A DNA stretch of 52,770 nt from Nanobdellota archaeon (lineage in GTDB: Archaea > Nanobdellota > Nanobdellia > Woesearchaeales > GW2011-AR4). Within the stretch, counting starts at the first letter, position 1, and each line of letters opens with the position of its first letter. Where the stretch lies: assembly GCA_038046385.1 (NCBI GenBank), contig JBBSWH010000007.1:1-52770 (forward strand), in the 5' to 3' direction. Below the pieces are notes generated by a model that ran no database searches, was not told the DNA's origin, and was given only the letters and a program-made list of their open reading frames with translations. Both the position numbers and the translations under genes were made by a program. Shown here piece after piece: positions 8,025 to 19,110 of the stretch.

Positions 8025-10545
8025 TTATTTTATTTTTATACTCTTCCAATTCAGCTAGGAATCTCTTTATTGTTTTAGTTATATGCTCCGGCTGAGTTTT
8101 TAATATTTCAGAAATTTTATCAATAACATTTCCGTGATATTCTTCAGAAGAAGTCAGTTCTAACTCTTTCACGTCAACCTCTTTTTTCTTCTCAACGGCC
8201 TTCTTTGCAGTTTTCCATTTCTCAAATAATTCTGAAGTCCGTGCAGGCAATTGTTCTTTCTTGACATGCAGCAGTTTAGCAGCCTCTTCGAGAATCTGTT
8301 CTTTTCCGTGCTTTTCTTTCTGAGCAGCCTCTCCGGCAGTAAAATAAATCCTTACAATGCCGTCGCTTATCTTTGATGACTTCAGTATTTTTATCTCGCC
8401 TGCTTCTGAAGTGTTATGGAGATGCGTTCCTCCGCACGCTTCAACATCAACATCTTTTATATTTACTATTCGAAGTATTTTTCCGGGAACTGCTCCGCCC
8501 TGATAGATATTCATTCCATAAGTCTGCTCTGCTTCTGTTCTCGGGACAAATGAACTGTGGACTTCAATTCCCTGCTTCACAAGCCTATTGGCTTCTTTCT
8601 CAATCTGCTGCAGTTCCTCGTCTGTAATGCTTTGATAATGAGTTAAATCGATTGTAGCCTTGTCAATGTCTTTTTTAGCGCCAGCCTGGTTTATATGATT
8701 GCCGAGGATTTTGCGCGCAGCAGCATTCACAATATGCGTTGAAGTGTGGTGCTTTGCAAGCTGTTCTCTTCTTGCAATGTCTATTTCACATTCAACAGTA
8801 TCTCCTTCCTTAAAATCAGGAGCTTGCTTAAGAGAATGAATTATCACTTTGCCTTGTTTGAATATATCAGCAAGTTCATTGCCGTTTATTGTTCCCAAAT
8901 CGTGCAGCTGCCCGCCTGATGTTGGATAGAAATAAGTCTCATCAAAAATAACTTTGTTGTCTATAATTTTTATAACTTTTGCCTTGAACTTATTTTTTTT
9001 GTAATCCTGAAAATACATTATTTTTGTTTCCGGAACATTTTCCAAATCCAGCTTCTCTTCTCTTTTTGTCGCGTGTTCCTGTTCCTGCTTCTCGTGCAGC
9101 TCTGCAACCAGTGAATAAAAATTATCAGGCACATCAATTTTTCTGCCAAGCTTCTTTGCCTCTTCCTTTATCAGTTCCGGCGGTATCCCTTGGCTGTCAT
9201 ACAGCAAAAGCAATTTTTTCTCATCGATATCTTCCTTTATCATCTTTGAAACAACAGCTGCGGTTTTCTGCTTTGTTGCTTCATATTTTTGCTTTTCAAC
9301 TTCAAGTATCTTAGAAACTTCATCAAGATTTTCAAGCAGCTCTGGGAATAATGGTTTCAAATATTCAGCGTGCCACTTGCAAACCTCTGCAAGGTCTATT
9401 TTCCACTTGTGGTGGTCAATAAAATACAACGCTCTTCTCAAAATTGCCCTTAGATTGTAACCGCCGCCAACATTTGAAGGAAGCGCGCCATCGCTAAGTG
9501 CAACAAGCAATGCTCTTGAATGCTCTGCAACTGAATACAATGCAGCAAGGTCCATCACTTTTTTTCTTAAATGAGTTACTTCATAGCCTGTTTTCTTCGC
9601 GACAAAATCCCATGTCTTGTTAATATCTTCAACTTCATCAACATTAAGATAGGAAGAATAAGGCAAAAACTTCTGCATCAGTTCATGGTCTGTTTCAATC
9701 CCAGTAATGCCGTAAAGTTTCTTCACAACAGTCGGGAAAGTTGTCTCGTAGCTTGTAGATTTTCCCTGAGTAAACCATGCGTTTCTCTCATGTCCCATCC
9801 CCATGTCAAGAACTTTCAAATTTAATTCTTTGAAGCCAGATGGAGTCTGCTCGTACATCATGTAAACCTGATTTCCCAGTTCTAGTCCTCTTGAAAAAAA
9901 TTCCATGCACGGTCCGAAATTTCCTCCGCCTGCCCATGCATCCTCGTGAAAAGTGATTTCTTCGTTCGGCAGCCCAAGCCCTTTGCTTAGCCAGCTATGG
10001 ATATCCTGAAAATATTTTGCCTGATTCCAGTCTTTTGGCTTCATGAAAGCGTGCTGGCCAATCATCACAAAAGCGCAGTAATGTGCCCCGGTTATCCCGA
10101 TGTTGTCTATATCATTAAACCTTAAGCACATTTGAGGAACAACCAGCGGATTGGCAGGCGGCTCAACTTCCCCGGATACAACATACGGCTGGAAGTCATA
10201 GATAGAAGCCTGAACAAAATCAGTATCATCTCTCCATCTTGCAACCACAGGATAGCGCTTTATTGGTGTATACCCTCTTTCTTTGAAATGCTTTGAAAAC
10301 TCTGTCCATACTTGAATGTAATCCAACTCTTTTTTTGCAACCTTTTCCCCGAAAAACCTAAATCCGCCGGAGCATGCAGGATTTCCGCACACGTCGCTGT
10401 TTGTAGTCGTCCAGAACCAGATTCCGCATTTGCAGTGCTTTCTCTTAAAATCATCTTCTTTCAGTACAGAAGTGGCATAATACTTATCGGGGTCTTTGCT
10501 TGCCTTGAGCTTAAACTCTTTCTTTACTTCCTTGTCTGTTGGCAT
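8008..10545 (-). CDS. alaS: Alanyl-tRNA synthetase (archaeal type)
   Basis: YPVVARWRDD, ASIYDFQP, editing motifs HTSTH and CGGTH. Confidence 0.97.
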   Translation of the reverse strand: MPTDKEVKKEFKLKASKDPDKYYATSVLKEDDFKRKHCKCGIWFWTTTNSDVCGNPACSGGFRFFGEKVAKKELDYIQVWTEFSKHFKERGYTPIKRYPVVARWRDDTDFVQASIYDFQPYVVSGEVEPPANPLVVPQMCLRFNDIDNIGITGAHYCAFVMIGQHAFMKPKDWNQAKYFQDIHSWLSKGLGLPNEEITFHEDAWAGGGNFGPCMEFFSRGLELGNQVYMMYEQTPSGFKELNLKVLDMGMGHERNAWFTQGKSTSYETTFPTVVKKLYGITGIETDHELMQKFLPYSSYLNVDEVEDINKTWDFVAKKTGYEVTHLRKKVMDLAALYSVAEHSRALLVALSDGALPSNVGGGYNLRAILRRALYFIDHHKWKIDLAEVCKWHAEYLKPLFPELLENLDEVSKILEVEKQKYEATKQKTAAVVSKMIKEDIDEKKLLLLYDSQGIPPELIKEEAKKLGRKIDVPDNFYSLVAELHEKQEQEHATKREEKLDLENVPETKIMYFQDYKKNKFKAKVIKIIDNKVIFDETYFYPTSGGQLHDLGTINGNELADIFKQGKVIIHSLKQAPDFKEGDTVECEIDIARREQLAKHHTSTHIVNAAARKILGNHINQAGAKKDIDKATIDLTHYQSITDEELQQIEKEANRLVKQGIEVHSSFVPRTEAEQTYGMNIYQGGAVPGKILRIVNIKDVDVEACGGTHLHNTSEAGEIKILKSSKISDGIVRIYFTAGEAAQKEKHGKEQILEEAAKLLHVKKEQLPARTSELFEKWKTAKKAVEKKKEVDVKELELTSSEEYHGNVIDKISEILKTQPEHITKTIKRFLAELEEYKNKITQTRH

Positions 10546-10632
10546 ATAACTGAATAAATAAAGAATGCTATTAAAATTTATTGTTTTATGGCAATGGAAT
10601 AGTTTTTAATGTCCAAATCCTTTGATATTGCT

Positions 10633-11262
10633 ATGCGCTTCAAGAACAGGCATGAATCCGGAATAAAGCTGGCTGAAAAGCTTGAAAAGTACAAAAACAG
10701 CAATGCCATAGTCCTTGCAATACCCAGAGGCGGTGTTGAAGTTGGCTATGAAATCGCCAAGCATCTTAAAATAAATTTAGATATAATTGTAACAAAAAAA
10801 ATTGGATTGGAAGGCAATGATGAATTTGCAATCGGCTCTGTAGGCCCTGACAAAAAAGTTATTCTTAACAAAGATATTGTAAAGTCATATAATGTTTCAA
10901 AGCAGTATCTTGACACTGAATCAAAGCGCATTGGAGAAGAAATTGAAAGAAGGTACAAGGAATACAAAGGCCAATACAAACTAAGCAATCTTAAGGGTAA
11001 AGTCGTTATTTTAACAGACGACGGAATTGCGACAGGCCACACTGTAAAGGCTGCATTGGAATACATAAAAAGGCAGAACCCGGAAAAAATAATTATTGCT
11101 GTGCCTGTTTCACCTTCAGGCTTTGCAGCAGAAATAAAAGATGAAGCTGATGAATTTATTTGCCTGCATTCCGCAGAGAATTTTTACGCTGTTGGCCAGT
11201 TCTATGAAGAATTTGAGCAATTAAGCGACAGTGATGTCAAAAATCTGCTGAAGGGAGAATAA
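10633..11262 (+). CDS. Phosphoribosyltransferase family protein
   Basis: LAIPRGG and VILTDDGIATG PRPP loop; ATG 10633 lies 30 nt after the TATA box. Confidence 0.88.
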   Translation: MRFKNRHESGIKLAEKLEKYKNSNAIVLAIPRGGVEVGYEIAKHLKINLDIIVTKKIGLEGNDEFAIGSVGPDKKVILNKDIVKSYNVSKQYLDTESKRIGEEIERRYKEYKGQYKLSNLKGKVVILTDDGIATGHTVKAALEYIKRQNPEKIIIAVPVSPSGFAAEIKDEADEFICLHSAENFYAVGQFYEEFEQLSDSDVKNLLKGE

Positions 11263-11266
11263 GGCC

Positions 11267-12793
11267 TTATTGTTTATCTGAAGGTTTTTCCGATTCTTGT
11301 ATTTTTTTCTTTAGTTCTATCATCTTTAATTCTCTCCCAATTGCTATTTTATTGAATTTTTCAAGTTCTTCATTCTTTGATTGAAGCTCTTTTGTTCTTT
11401 CTTTAACCTGGTTTTCCAATCCTTCGCCGTATTTTTTTATATCTTCCCTTGATTTTTTTAATTCGGCACTCATTTGATTAAATGTAGAAGCGAGCTGGCC
11501 AATCTCATTATCCGAGCGAACGTTTAATTTTATATCATAATTGCCCTTGGATATCTCTTTGGTTGTTTCTGTTAATTCTTTTATTGGCCTGGTCATGCGG
11601 TTAATGAAGATGAAGCCAACAATGATGACAATGACGAGAATTAATATGCCGGCAGGCAGGATTTGAAAATAAATCAAGTCTCGTGTAGATTTATCTATTT
11701 CTGTCTCCATGTTTTTAATGGCTTTAAACAAAAATTTTTCCTCTGTCACCATGCCTAGGCTGAATCCTGTTTCTTTCAGCGGAGCATAAGCTATATAGTA
11801 ATGTTTATCTCCAATAATTACGCCGCCAAAACCTGCATTGCCTTCTTTCATCCTGCCCAAAATAGCGGCAAACTCATTAGTCAAATTATTAAGATTTGCC
11901 CTAACCTCCCCCGGTTCCCGGTTCCTGCCTAGAATGTCTTTCCATGCCTGTTCCGGCAGGGCAATTGAATATCCGTCTTTATTAACAAGGAAAAAATAAG
12001 ATTGTTCCAATGGCTGGTATAATTCTATATTCTTGGATATTTTATTTAAAGTGACATCCATTCCCAAAACTCCAAAAAATCCTTCTTTGGTGTAAACTGG
12101 AGCAGAGGCTGTAATCATAAGCCCTTGGCCGGCAGGATCATCATACACCGGCGTCCAGGCTACTTTCTGTTCCGGGTTATTTTCCGGATTGGCAACAGTA
12201 AAAAAAATATCTTCAGTAATCTTTTGATCCGGAGGCGCTATGTCGCCTAAGCCTATGTGGGGGTAATATCTTGTTTCCCCCAGCGGGCCGATAAAATATA
12301 TAGCAACTACATTTTGGTTATTCTCAAGGGTTTTTGGAAACATATAATCCAGCTGCGCGCTTAATTCAACCCTTTCTTTTAAATCATCATCAATAGTGAT
12401 ATAATTAGGTATAAAAACTGAGGCTGCGTCATCTTTTCCATTCAAGTACTGCCCATTCTCTCCTCTAAAGACATGATCGTCAAACTTCCACCGCGCCTCG
12501 CTTGCAAAATCATCAGGATTGTCAAATATGTTCTTGGCATGTTCCGCAGCATTGCTTGCATCTGTGCGTATATTTTCAAAGAGCATATCATTTTTTTCAG
12601 CTGTTGACATTGTTAGCTGAACTAAAAAATTCTCTGCTTGCTTTTGAAGAACATTTTTAGCGCTTTGTTTAGCATTTTCTTTTGATGTAACAATTGAATT
12701 TATACTGAGAGCTGCAATAATCACTATTGACAGTACTATTGTTGCAAACAGAAAAAGCAACATGTCTAATTTAAGGCTTCTTTTGATTTCCAA
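11267..12793 (-). CDS. Membrane sensor: dCache + HAMP + coiled coil, no kinase or MCP output
   Basis: TM, WTPVYDDPAGQGLMITASAPV (Cache), TM, DEIGQLA-type HAMP (SDNEIGQLASTFNQM), ends GRELKMIELKKKI. Confidence 0.85.
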   Translation of the reverse strand: MEIKRSLKLDMLLFLFATIVLSIVIIAALSINSIVTSKENAKQSAKNVLQKQAENFLVQLTMSTAEKNDMLFENIRTDASNAAEHAKNIFDNPDDFASEARWKFDDHVFRGENGQYLNGKDDAASVFIPNYITIDDDLKERVELSAQLDYMFPKTLENNQNVVAIYFIGPLGETRYYPHIGLGDIAPPDQKITEDIFFTVANPENNPEQKVAWTPVYDDPAGQGLMITASAPVYTKEGFFGVLGMDVTLNKISKNIELYQPLEQSYFFLVNKDGYSIALPEQAWKDILGRNREPGEVRANLNNLTNEFAAILGRMKEGNAGFGGVIIGDKHYYIAYAPLKETGFSLGMVTEEKFLFKAIKNMETEIDKSTRDLIYFQILPAGILILVIVIIVGFIFINRMTRPIKELTETTKEISKGNYDIKLNVRSDNEIGQLASTFNQMSAELKKSREDIKKYGEGLENQVKERTKELQSKNEELEKFNKIAIGRELKMIELKKKIQESEKPSDKQ

Positions 12794-12953
12794 GATTATG
12801 TCTCTTTTTTATTTATATATTTATGTTAAATCTGTAATCGCAAGGTCGGTATATATATCTTTCCAATCAAAGATTTCTAATCCGGCTAACCTCAATTCCT
12901 GCAAGGCCATGCTTAAGAAAAACTTAAATACCCTTATGCAGATGGGCATATAA

Positions 12954-14153
12954 ATGACAAATATACTGTTGGTTATACTTGTAACGCTTGCTCTCGCATA
13001 TTTTCTTTCGGAAATATTCAAGAGCCTTGGGTTGCCGAGGGTGCTTGGGCAGGTTTTGGCCGGAATTTTTCTGGGAATACCAATAATAAAAAATTATCTG
13101 TTTGACGCAAATGCAGTTTCTGTGGTTTCTTTTCTCACAAATATAGGCATAATTTTGCTTTTCTTTTTCGTAGGGCTCGAAACAAACCTTCTCCAGTTCA
13201 GGAAAAATGTAAAAGAGTCTGCAATGATTTCTATTTTCAATACGTTAGTTCCGTTCTCATTGGGGTTTATTGCATCAAGGGCTTTGTTTCATTTTGACAA
13301 CCTTGCTTCGCTTGTCATAGGAATAAGCCTTTCCGTAAGCTCGCAGGCAATCTCGCTGGATATTTTAGACGAGGCAAAGATGCTGAAAAGCAAAATAGCG
13401 AATTTGATGATTACAGCAGGAACTGTTGATGATATTTTTGAGCTTATTGCAATAAGCCTTGTGCTGGTCATATTTCACACAGCAGGATTTACCGGGGAAG
13501 GGACTGTTTTCAGCCTCCTTATAGACATAGGCATTTTTGTTATAATTGTCATGATTTTAAGGGTGACACTGATACCTTTTGCATTGAGGGCTTTTGAAAG
13601 GGACAATTCGCAGGCAATCCTGTTCATGGGCGCGCTGATTATAGTGCTTCTGATGGCCTATCTTTCAGAGATATTCGGAGTAAGCTCATTGATAGGCGCT
13701 TTGGTTGCAGGCATAATTGTAAGGCAAACGCTTATTTCAGGCAATCACAGGCAGCCATGGAGAAAAAACGAAATCTCCCACCTTATCCACGTCATATCTT
13801 TTGGATTCCTGATTCCGATATTCTTTGTCAATGTGGGCCTGCAGACAGACATCCAAAGCATTTTTTCAAATGTATGGCTGGCGCTTGTTTTGATTTTCAT
13901 AGACCTTTTTGGAACAGTCGGAGGCACTCTTCTTGGAGTTGTTTTGAGCAAAGGCACTGTAAAGGAAGGAATGATAGTCGGCTGGGGAATGGCTCCAAAA
14001 GGGGACACAGAGCTCGTAATTGCAACACTGGCGCTTAGCAAAAGCCTGATAACAACAGATATTTACACCGCAATAGTCGCAGTTGCCATTGCAAGCACTT
14101 TCATAGCGCCGATAGTATTTAAATTTCTGATAAGAAAGCATAAGGCAGCATAG
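12954..14153 (+). CDS. Cation:proton antiporter (CPA2 family)
   Basis: LPRVLGQVLAG, FFVGLE, PIFFVNVGL and GMAPKGD motifs; about 12 TM segments. Confidence 0.9.
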   Translation: MTNILLVILVTLALAYFLSEIFKSLGLPRVLGQVLAGIFLGIPIIKNYLFDANAVSVVSFLTNIGIILLFFFVGLETNLLQFRKNVKESAMISIFNTLVPFSLGFIASRALFHFDNLASLVIGISLSVSSQAISLDILDEAKMLKSKIANLMITAGTVDDIFELIAISLVLVIFHTAGFTGEGTVFSLLIDIGIFVIIVMILRVTLIPFALRAFERDNSQAILFMGALIIVLLMAYLSEIFGVSSLIGALVAGIIVRQTLISGNHRQPWRKNEISHLIHVISFGFLIPIFFVNVGLQTDIQSIFSNVWLALVLIFIDLFGTVGGTLLGVVLSKGTVKEGMIVGWGMAPKGDTELVIATLALSKSLITTDIYTAIVAVAIASTFIAPIVFKFLIRKHKAA

Positions 14154-14212
14154 AAACTGTTCCGAAAGGTTTATATTGTGCTTTTTATTGTCTTTTTCTT
14201 GGGGTATAGTTC

Positions 14213-15085
14213 ATGAAAAAATCAACATTTCTACTGAAAAAGGGCCTTGCGGAAATGCTCAAAGGAGGCGTCATAATGGACGTTGTAAACGCAGAGCATG
14301 CAAGGATTGCAGAAAAAGCAGGCGCGTGCGCAGTCATGGCGCTTGAAAGAGTTCCATCAGATATCAGAAAAGAAGGCGGCGTTGCAAGGATGTCTGATCC
14401 CAAGATGATAAAAGATATAATGAAAGCAGTTTCTATTCCTGTCATGGCAAAGTGCAGAATCGGGCATTTTGCAGAAGCAAGGGTTCTTGAAGCAATCGGA
14501 GTAGACTATATTGATGAAAGCGAAGTTCTAACTCCTGCAGATGAAGTTCATGTTGACAAAAGCAATTTTAAAATTCCTTTCGTATGCGGCGCAAGGAACC
14601 TTGGAGAAGCATTAAGAAGAATTAATGAGGGCGCTGCAATGATAAGGACAAAAGGAGAAGCCGGAACCGGCAACATAATAGAAGCTGTTCGCCATATGAA
14701 AACAGTCAATTCAGAAATTGCAGCACTGCAGTCAATGAATAATTCAGGATTAAAATTAAAGGCAAAAGAATACCGCGTTCCTTTTGAGCTTGTTTCCGTT
14801 GTAAAAAAAATGAAAAGGCTTCCTGTTGTAAATTTTGCAGCAGGCGGAATCGCAACACCTTCTGATGCAGCCTTGATGATGCATCTGGGATGCGACGGAA
14901 TTTTTGTTGGAAGCGGAATTTTCAAGAGCAAAAATCCGGCTGCAATGGCAAAAGCTATCGTGCAGGCAACAACCCATTTCAACAGGTATGATATTGTCGC
15001 AAAAGTTTCCGAAGGCCTCGGTGAAGCGATGAAAGGGCTTGAGATAGACAAACTGGAAGTAAGACTGCAGGAAAGGGGAAATTAA
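14213..15085 (+). CDS. pdxS: Pyridoxal 5'-phosphate synthase lyase subunit
   Basis: [35 protein letters not shown]. Confidence 0.98.
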   Translation: MKKSTFLLKKGLAEMLKGGVIMDVVNAEHARIAEKAGACAVMALERVPSDIRKEGGVARMSDPKMIKDIMKAVSIPVMAKCRIGHFAEARVLEAIGVDYIDESEVLTPADEVHVDKSNFKIPFVCGARNLGEALRRINEGAAMIRTKGEAGTGNIIEAVRHMKTVNSEIAALQSMNNSGLKLKAKEYRVPFELVSVVKKMKRLPVVNFAAGGIATPSDAALMMHLGCDGIFVGSGIFKSKNPAAMAKAIVQATTHFNRYDIVAKVSEGLGEAMKGLEIDKLEVRLQERGN

Positions 15086-15654
15086 TGAAAATTGGAGTAC
15101 TTGCCCTGCAGGGCGATTTTAAGGATCATATTAAAATTCTGAATAAATTAAATGTTGATGCAGTTGAAGTGCGCCTTCCTGAAGATTTAAGCAAAGCTGA
15201 TGGGCTGATAATTCCCGGCGGAGAAAGCACGACGATAGGAAAACTTCTTCTTTCAAGCGGATTGATGGCTGCAATAATCAAAAGATGCAAAAAAGGCATG
15301 CCAATCTACGGAACATGCGCAGGCGCGATATTGCTTGCAAAAAAAATAGAAGGGAATTCGCAGCCAAGCCTTAGATTGCTTGACATCTCTGTCAGAAGGA
15401 ACGATTACGGACGGCAGATTGACAGTTTTGAAACAGAGCTTAACCTGAAAAACATTGGAAAAGTCCATGGCATTTTCATACGCGCTCCGATTATCAGCAA
15501 AGTTGGAAAAGATGTAGAAGTTCTCGGAAAAGAAAAAAACAACCCCGTGCTTGTGCAGCAGGATAACCTTTTAGCATCGACCTTCCATCCGGAACTTGCA
15601 GGCGACAAAAGGGTGCACGAGTATTTTGTCAGAATGATAAAGGGCAAACAATAA
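15085..15654 (+). CDS. pdxT: Pyridoxal 5'-phosphate synthase glutaminase subunit
   Basis: GVLALQG, PGGEST, GTCAG, FHPE; coupled to pdxS. Confidence 0.97.
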   Translation: MKIGVLALQGDFKDHIKILNKLNVDAVEVRLPEDLSKADGLIIPGGESTTIGKLLLSSGLMAAIIKRCKKGMPIYGTCAGAILLAKKIEGNSQPSLRLLDISVRRNDYGRQIDSFETELNLKNIGKVHGIFIRAPIISKVGKDVEVLGKEKNNPVLVQQDNLLASTFHPELAGDKRVHEYFVRMIKGKQ

Positions 15655-15674
15655 GTAAATCTTATTTTCTTCAA

Positions 15675-16637
15675 TCAGGATGGGTGATTCCTGTTTTGGT
15701 TTACAAAATCAATTAATTTCTTGCTGACAATCTCCCCTATGCTGCGCTGAGCTTCCTCTGTGCTGCCGCCGATGTGAGGCGTGAGTATCACATTGGGAAG
15801 GTTTCTAAGTTCAGACAGGAATTTTGCCGAGTTGCTTTTGGGCTCGTTTACAAAAACATCTATTCCTGCTCCGCCTATCCTGCCGTTCTTTATGTATTTT
15901 GCAAGGGATTTTGCATCGACAACATGGCCCCTGCTCAGGTTGAGCAAAATTGCCCCTTTCTTCATCATATTCATTTCCTTTTTAGATATCACTGCCCTGC
16001 CGGGGCTGCCCTCGACATGGATGCTTACTGCATCAGATTTTTTGAGAAGCTCTTCCATTGAGCTGCATTTCTTTGCATTGCCGGCTGCTGGCTTTTCAGA
16101 ACGGTCATAATAGATTACTTCCATTCCAATTGATTCTGCCAACAGGGAAAGATGCATCCCTATATTTCCATAGCCGATTATTCCGAGGGTCTTGCCGCGC
16201 ACCTCGTGGCTGTTTTCAGAAGACTTGTCCCACATTCCTTTGTGGAGTTTTGCGCTTTTATCAAATGTTTTCCTCATCAGCATTATTATCTCGCCTATAG
16301 CGAGTTCTGCAACGCTTCTCGTGTTTCCTAGCGGAGCATTAAACACAGCTATCTTTCTTTTTGAGCATGCTTCCTTGTCTATATGATTAGTCCCTACACA
16401 GAATGCGCCAATGGCAATAAGATTGGGGGCATTTTCAAGAATTTTTTGTGTAATAGGCGTAGCAGACCTTATCCCCAGTATTGATACATTTTTTATTTTT
16501 TTAATAAGCTCGTCTTCGGCAAGGCCCCTGCCTATTGTTTCTACTTTGTAGCCCTCTGTCTTCATTGCAGAAACTGCTATTGGATGTATATTTTCAAGCA
16601 ATAATGCTTTTATTGTGTTTTTTGGCATAAAATTCAC
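15675..16637 (-). CDS. serA: D-3-phosphoglycerate / 2-hydroxyacid dehydrogenase without ACT domain
   Basis: [38 protein letters not shown]. Confidence 0.8.
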   Translation of the reverse strand: MNFMPKNTIKALLLENIHPIAVSAMKTEGYKVETIGRGLAEDELIKKIKNVSILGIRSATPITQKILENAPNLIAIGAFCVGTNHIDKEACSKRKIAVFNAPLGNTRSVAELAIGEIIMLMRKTFDKSAKLHKGMWDKSSENSHEVRGKTLGIIGYGNIGMHLSLLAESIGMEVIYYDRSEKPAAGNAKKCSSMEELLKKSDAVSIHVEGSPGRAVISKKEMNMMKKGAILLNLSRGHVVDAKSLAKYIKNGRIGGAGIDVFVNEPKSNSAKFLSELRNLPNVILTPHIGGSTEEAQRSIGEIVSKKLIDFVNQNRNHPS

Positions 16638-17572
16638 GCCAGGAACTTTTCTGTGACGGCAACCAGCTGTTTTACATGCTCAACAGACTTGTTGAAAGCA
16701 TTTTTTTCTCCTTCAGTAAGTTCAAGCTCGACAACGCCTTCTGCGCCTTTTCTTCCAAGTTTTACGGGAACCCCGACAAAGTATCCTCCAACTCCGTATT
16801 CTTTGCCGCAGTATGCTGCGCACGGCAAAACTAGCTTCTTGTCTTTCAAAATAGATTCAACCATCTGCGCTGCAGCTGCAGCAGGAGCATAATAAGCAGA
16901 GCCGGTCTTCAAAAGATTAACAATTTCAGCCCCGCCATCTCTTGTTCTTTGGACAATTGCATCAACCCTTTCTTTAGGCATTAGCTTTGTGACTGGAATC
17001 CCATTAACAGTTGAGTGTCCCAATAAAGGAACCATTGTGTCTCCATGGCCTCCAAGAACCATTGCATCTATGTTTTCAACATTTGCATTTAATTCCTGCG
17101 CAATAAACGTCTTGAATCTTGACGAGTCCAATATTCCGGCCATTCCCAAAACCCTGTTGTTTGGAAATCCGCTTGTTTTTGCAGCAACGTAAACCATTGC
17201 GTCAAGCGGGTTTGTAACGACAATTATAACGGAGTTTGGAGAGTGTTTTGCAACATTCTCTGTTACTTCCTTCACTATTTTTGTATTTGTGGCAATTAAG
17301 TCGTCTCTTGACATCCCTGGCTTTCTTGGGAGGCCAGAAGTTATAACAACAACATCAGAATCTTTTGTGTCTTCATAATTGTTTGTTCCTTTTATTTTTG
17401 TGTTAAAATTTTCAACGGGCCCTGACTGCAATAAATCCAATGCTTTGCCCTGCGGCATTCCCTCAACAATATCCAAAAGCACAACATCTGCAAAATCCTT
17501 TGCAGCAATCCACAATGCAGTTGTTGCTCCTACATTGCCTGCTCCGATGACTGATACTTTTGGCCTTGTCAT
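16634..17572 (-). CDS. mdh: Malate dehydrogenase (LDH-like)
   Basis: [26 protein letters not shown]. Confidence 0.95.
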   Translation of the reverse strand: MTRPKVSVIGAGNVGATTALWIAAKDFADVVLLDIVEGMPQGKALDLLQSGPVENFNTKIKGTNNYEDTKDSDVVVITSGLPRKPGMSRDDLIATNTKIVKEVTENVAKHSPNSVIIVVTNPLDAMVYVAAKTSGFPNNRVLGMAGILDSSRFKTFIAQELNANVENIDAMVLGGHGDTMVPLLGHSTVNGIPVTKLMPKERVDAIVQRTRDGGAEIVNLLKTGSAYYAPAAAAAQMVESILKDKKLVLPCAAYCGKEYGVGGYFVGVPVKLGRKGAEGVVELELTEGEKNAFNKSVEHVKQLVAVTEKFLA

Positions 17573-17573
17573 T

Positions 17574-19028
17574 TTATAGTCCCTCCAAAAACTTTTTGTA
17601 ATTATTATTGTTTTTTATTTTTTTGATTAAATCTGAATTTGCTTCCTTTGCTACTGTCATCTCCTCCGGAGACAATATTTTGTTCAAATCGTACTCGTCA
17701 ATCAGCTTGTATTTCAATATGACTTCTTTGACGGATTTGTCTTCTTTCAACGCCTCTTTTACAATCTTTGAAACAGCCTGATATCCAAGATAAGGATTCA
17801 AGGCAGTCGAAGTTGCCGTGCTTTTCATCAAAAGCTCATTGCATCTTTTTTCGTTTGCTTCAATTCCGTTGATGCATAATTCCCTGAACATCTTCAGAGA
17901 ATTTGTCAAAATCTTCATTGACTGCAGGATATTGTATGCAATCAATGGGCACATCACATTCAGCTCAAGAATTGAATACTGTGCAGCTGATTCAACAGTT
18001 TTGTTCTTGCCCATCACGTCAAATGCAACCATTATCGCGCATTCAGGAATGCTCGGATTGATTTTGCCGGGCATTATTGATGATCCAGGCTCGACATCCG
18101 GCAAGGTTATTTCGTTTATTCCTCCTTTTGGACCTGAATTTAGTATGCTTAAGTTGTTTGCAATCCTGAAAATTGTTATCGCCATTGAATTAAGTGAATT
18201 GGAGAAATTTGCAAAAGAATTGTAATTCTGCGTCAATTCTATTTTGTTGTTTGTTATCGTAAGTCCAAGATTAGTTATATCATTCAGCTTCCTTATGATT
18301 GCCCCATGAAATTTCGGATGCGTCGTTATTCCAGTTCCAATTGCAGTTCCTCCAATCCCGAGTTCCTTTAAGTCTTCTGCTGCCTCCATTATTTTTTTTA
18401 TGTCCTTTGCAACAGCAACAGCATAGCTTTCAAACTCCTGCCCAAGCGTAATTGGAACAGCATCTTCCCAATGGGTCCTTCCTGTTTTTAGTATTTGGCT
18501 GAATTCCTTTCCTTTTTTTGTTAATGACAATTCAAATTTTTTTGCCTCAGTGATTAGATTATCTAGCAAAAGCAAAATAGCAATTCTTGTCGTTGTTGGA
18601 ATTATATCATTTGTGCTCTGCGCCATATTGACATGGTTGTTTGCATTCACAGTATACTGCCCAAGATTTCCTCCAAGAATTTCAGTTGCACGGTTTGCAA
18701 TGATTTCATTGCAGTTCATGTTAAAAGGCGTTCCGGCTCCTGCCTGATACACGTCAAGAACAAAATAATCGTCAAATTTTCCGGAAATAACTTCTTCAGC
18801 TGCTTTTATTATTGCATTGCCTGTTTTTTCATCAAGCTGCTTTAATTCAACATTGGCCATCGCAGCAGCTTTCTTTATTGTTGCCAGCGCAATCAATAAT
18901 TCTTTATGCGCCCTTATCCCGCTTATCTGGAAATTGTTTTTGGCTCTCTGGGTAAAAGCGCCGTAATAAGAATCCGCAGGCACATCTATAGCCCCCATTA
19001 CGTCTTTTTCGCTTATAAAACCCCCCAT
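17574..19028 (-). CDS. aspA: Aspartate ammonia-lyase / class II fumarase family
   Basis: [11 protein letters not shown] signature, GAGT..NMN and QSTND (closer to aspartase). Confidence 0.75.
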   Translation of the reverse strand: MGGFISEKDVMGAIDVPADSYYGAFTQRAKNNFQISGIRAHKELLIALATIKKAAAMANVELKQLDEKTGNAIIKAAEEVISGKFDDYFVLDVYQAGAGTPFNMNCNEIIANRATEILGGNLGQYTVNANNHVNMAQSTNDIIPTTTRIAILLLLDNLITEAKKFELSLTKKGKEFSQILKTGRTHWEDAVPITLGQEFESYAVAVAKDIKKIMEAAEDLKELGIGGTAIGTGITTHPKFHGAIIRKLNDITNLGLTITNNKIELTQNYNSFANFSNSLNSMAITIFRIANNLSILNSGPKGGINEITLPDVEPGSSIMPGKINPSIPECAIMVAFDVMGKNKTVESAAQYSILELNVMCPLIAYNILQSMKILTNSLKMFRELCINGIEANEKRCNELLMKSTATSTALNPYLGYQAVSKIVKEALKEDKSVKEVILKYKLIDEYDLNKILSPEEMTVAKEANSDLIKKIKNNNNYKKFLEGL

Positions 19029-19110
19029 ATATTAAAGGCTAAAATAGTGATATTAAAGGTTTGCGGTTTGCAAAAACTTCCAGAAAATTAATAGCGGCTT
19101 TTTGTCCGGA

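Noticed and set aside
14548-15051. Long antisense ORFs (also 29052-29528, 31098-31652, 37784-38275 and others)
   Set aside because: Shadow frames of well-supported genes on the opposite strand, with no motifs or start signals.
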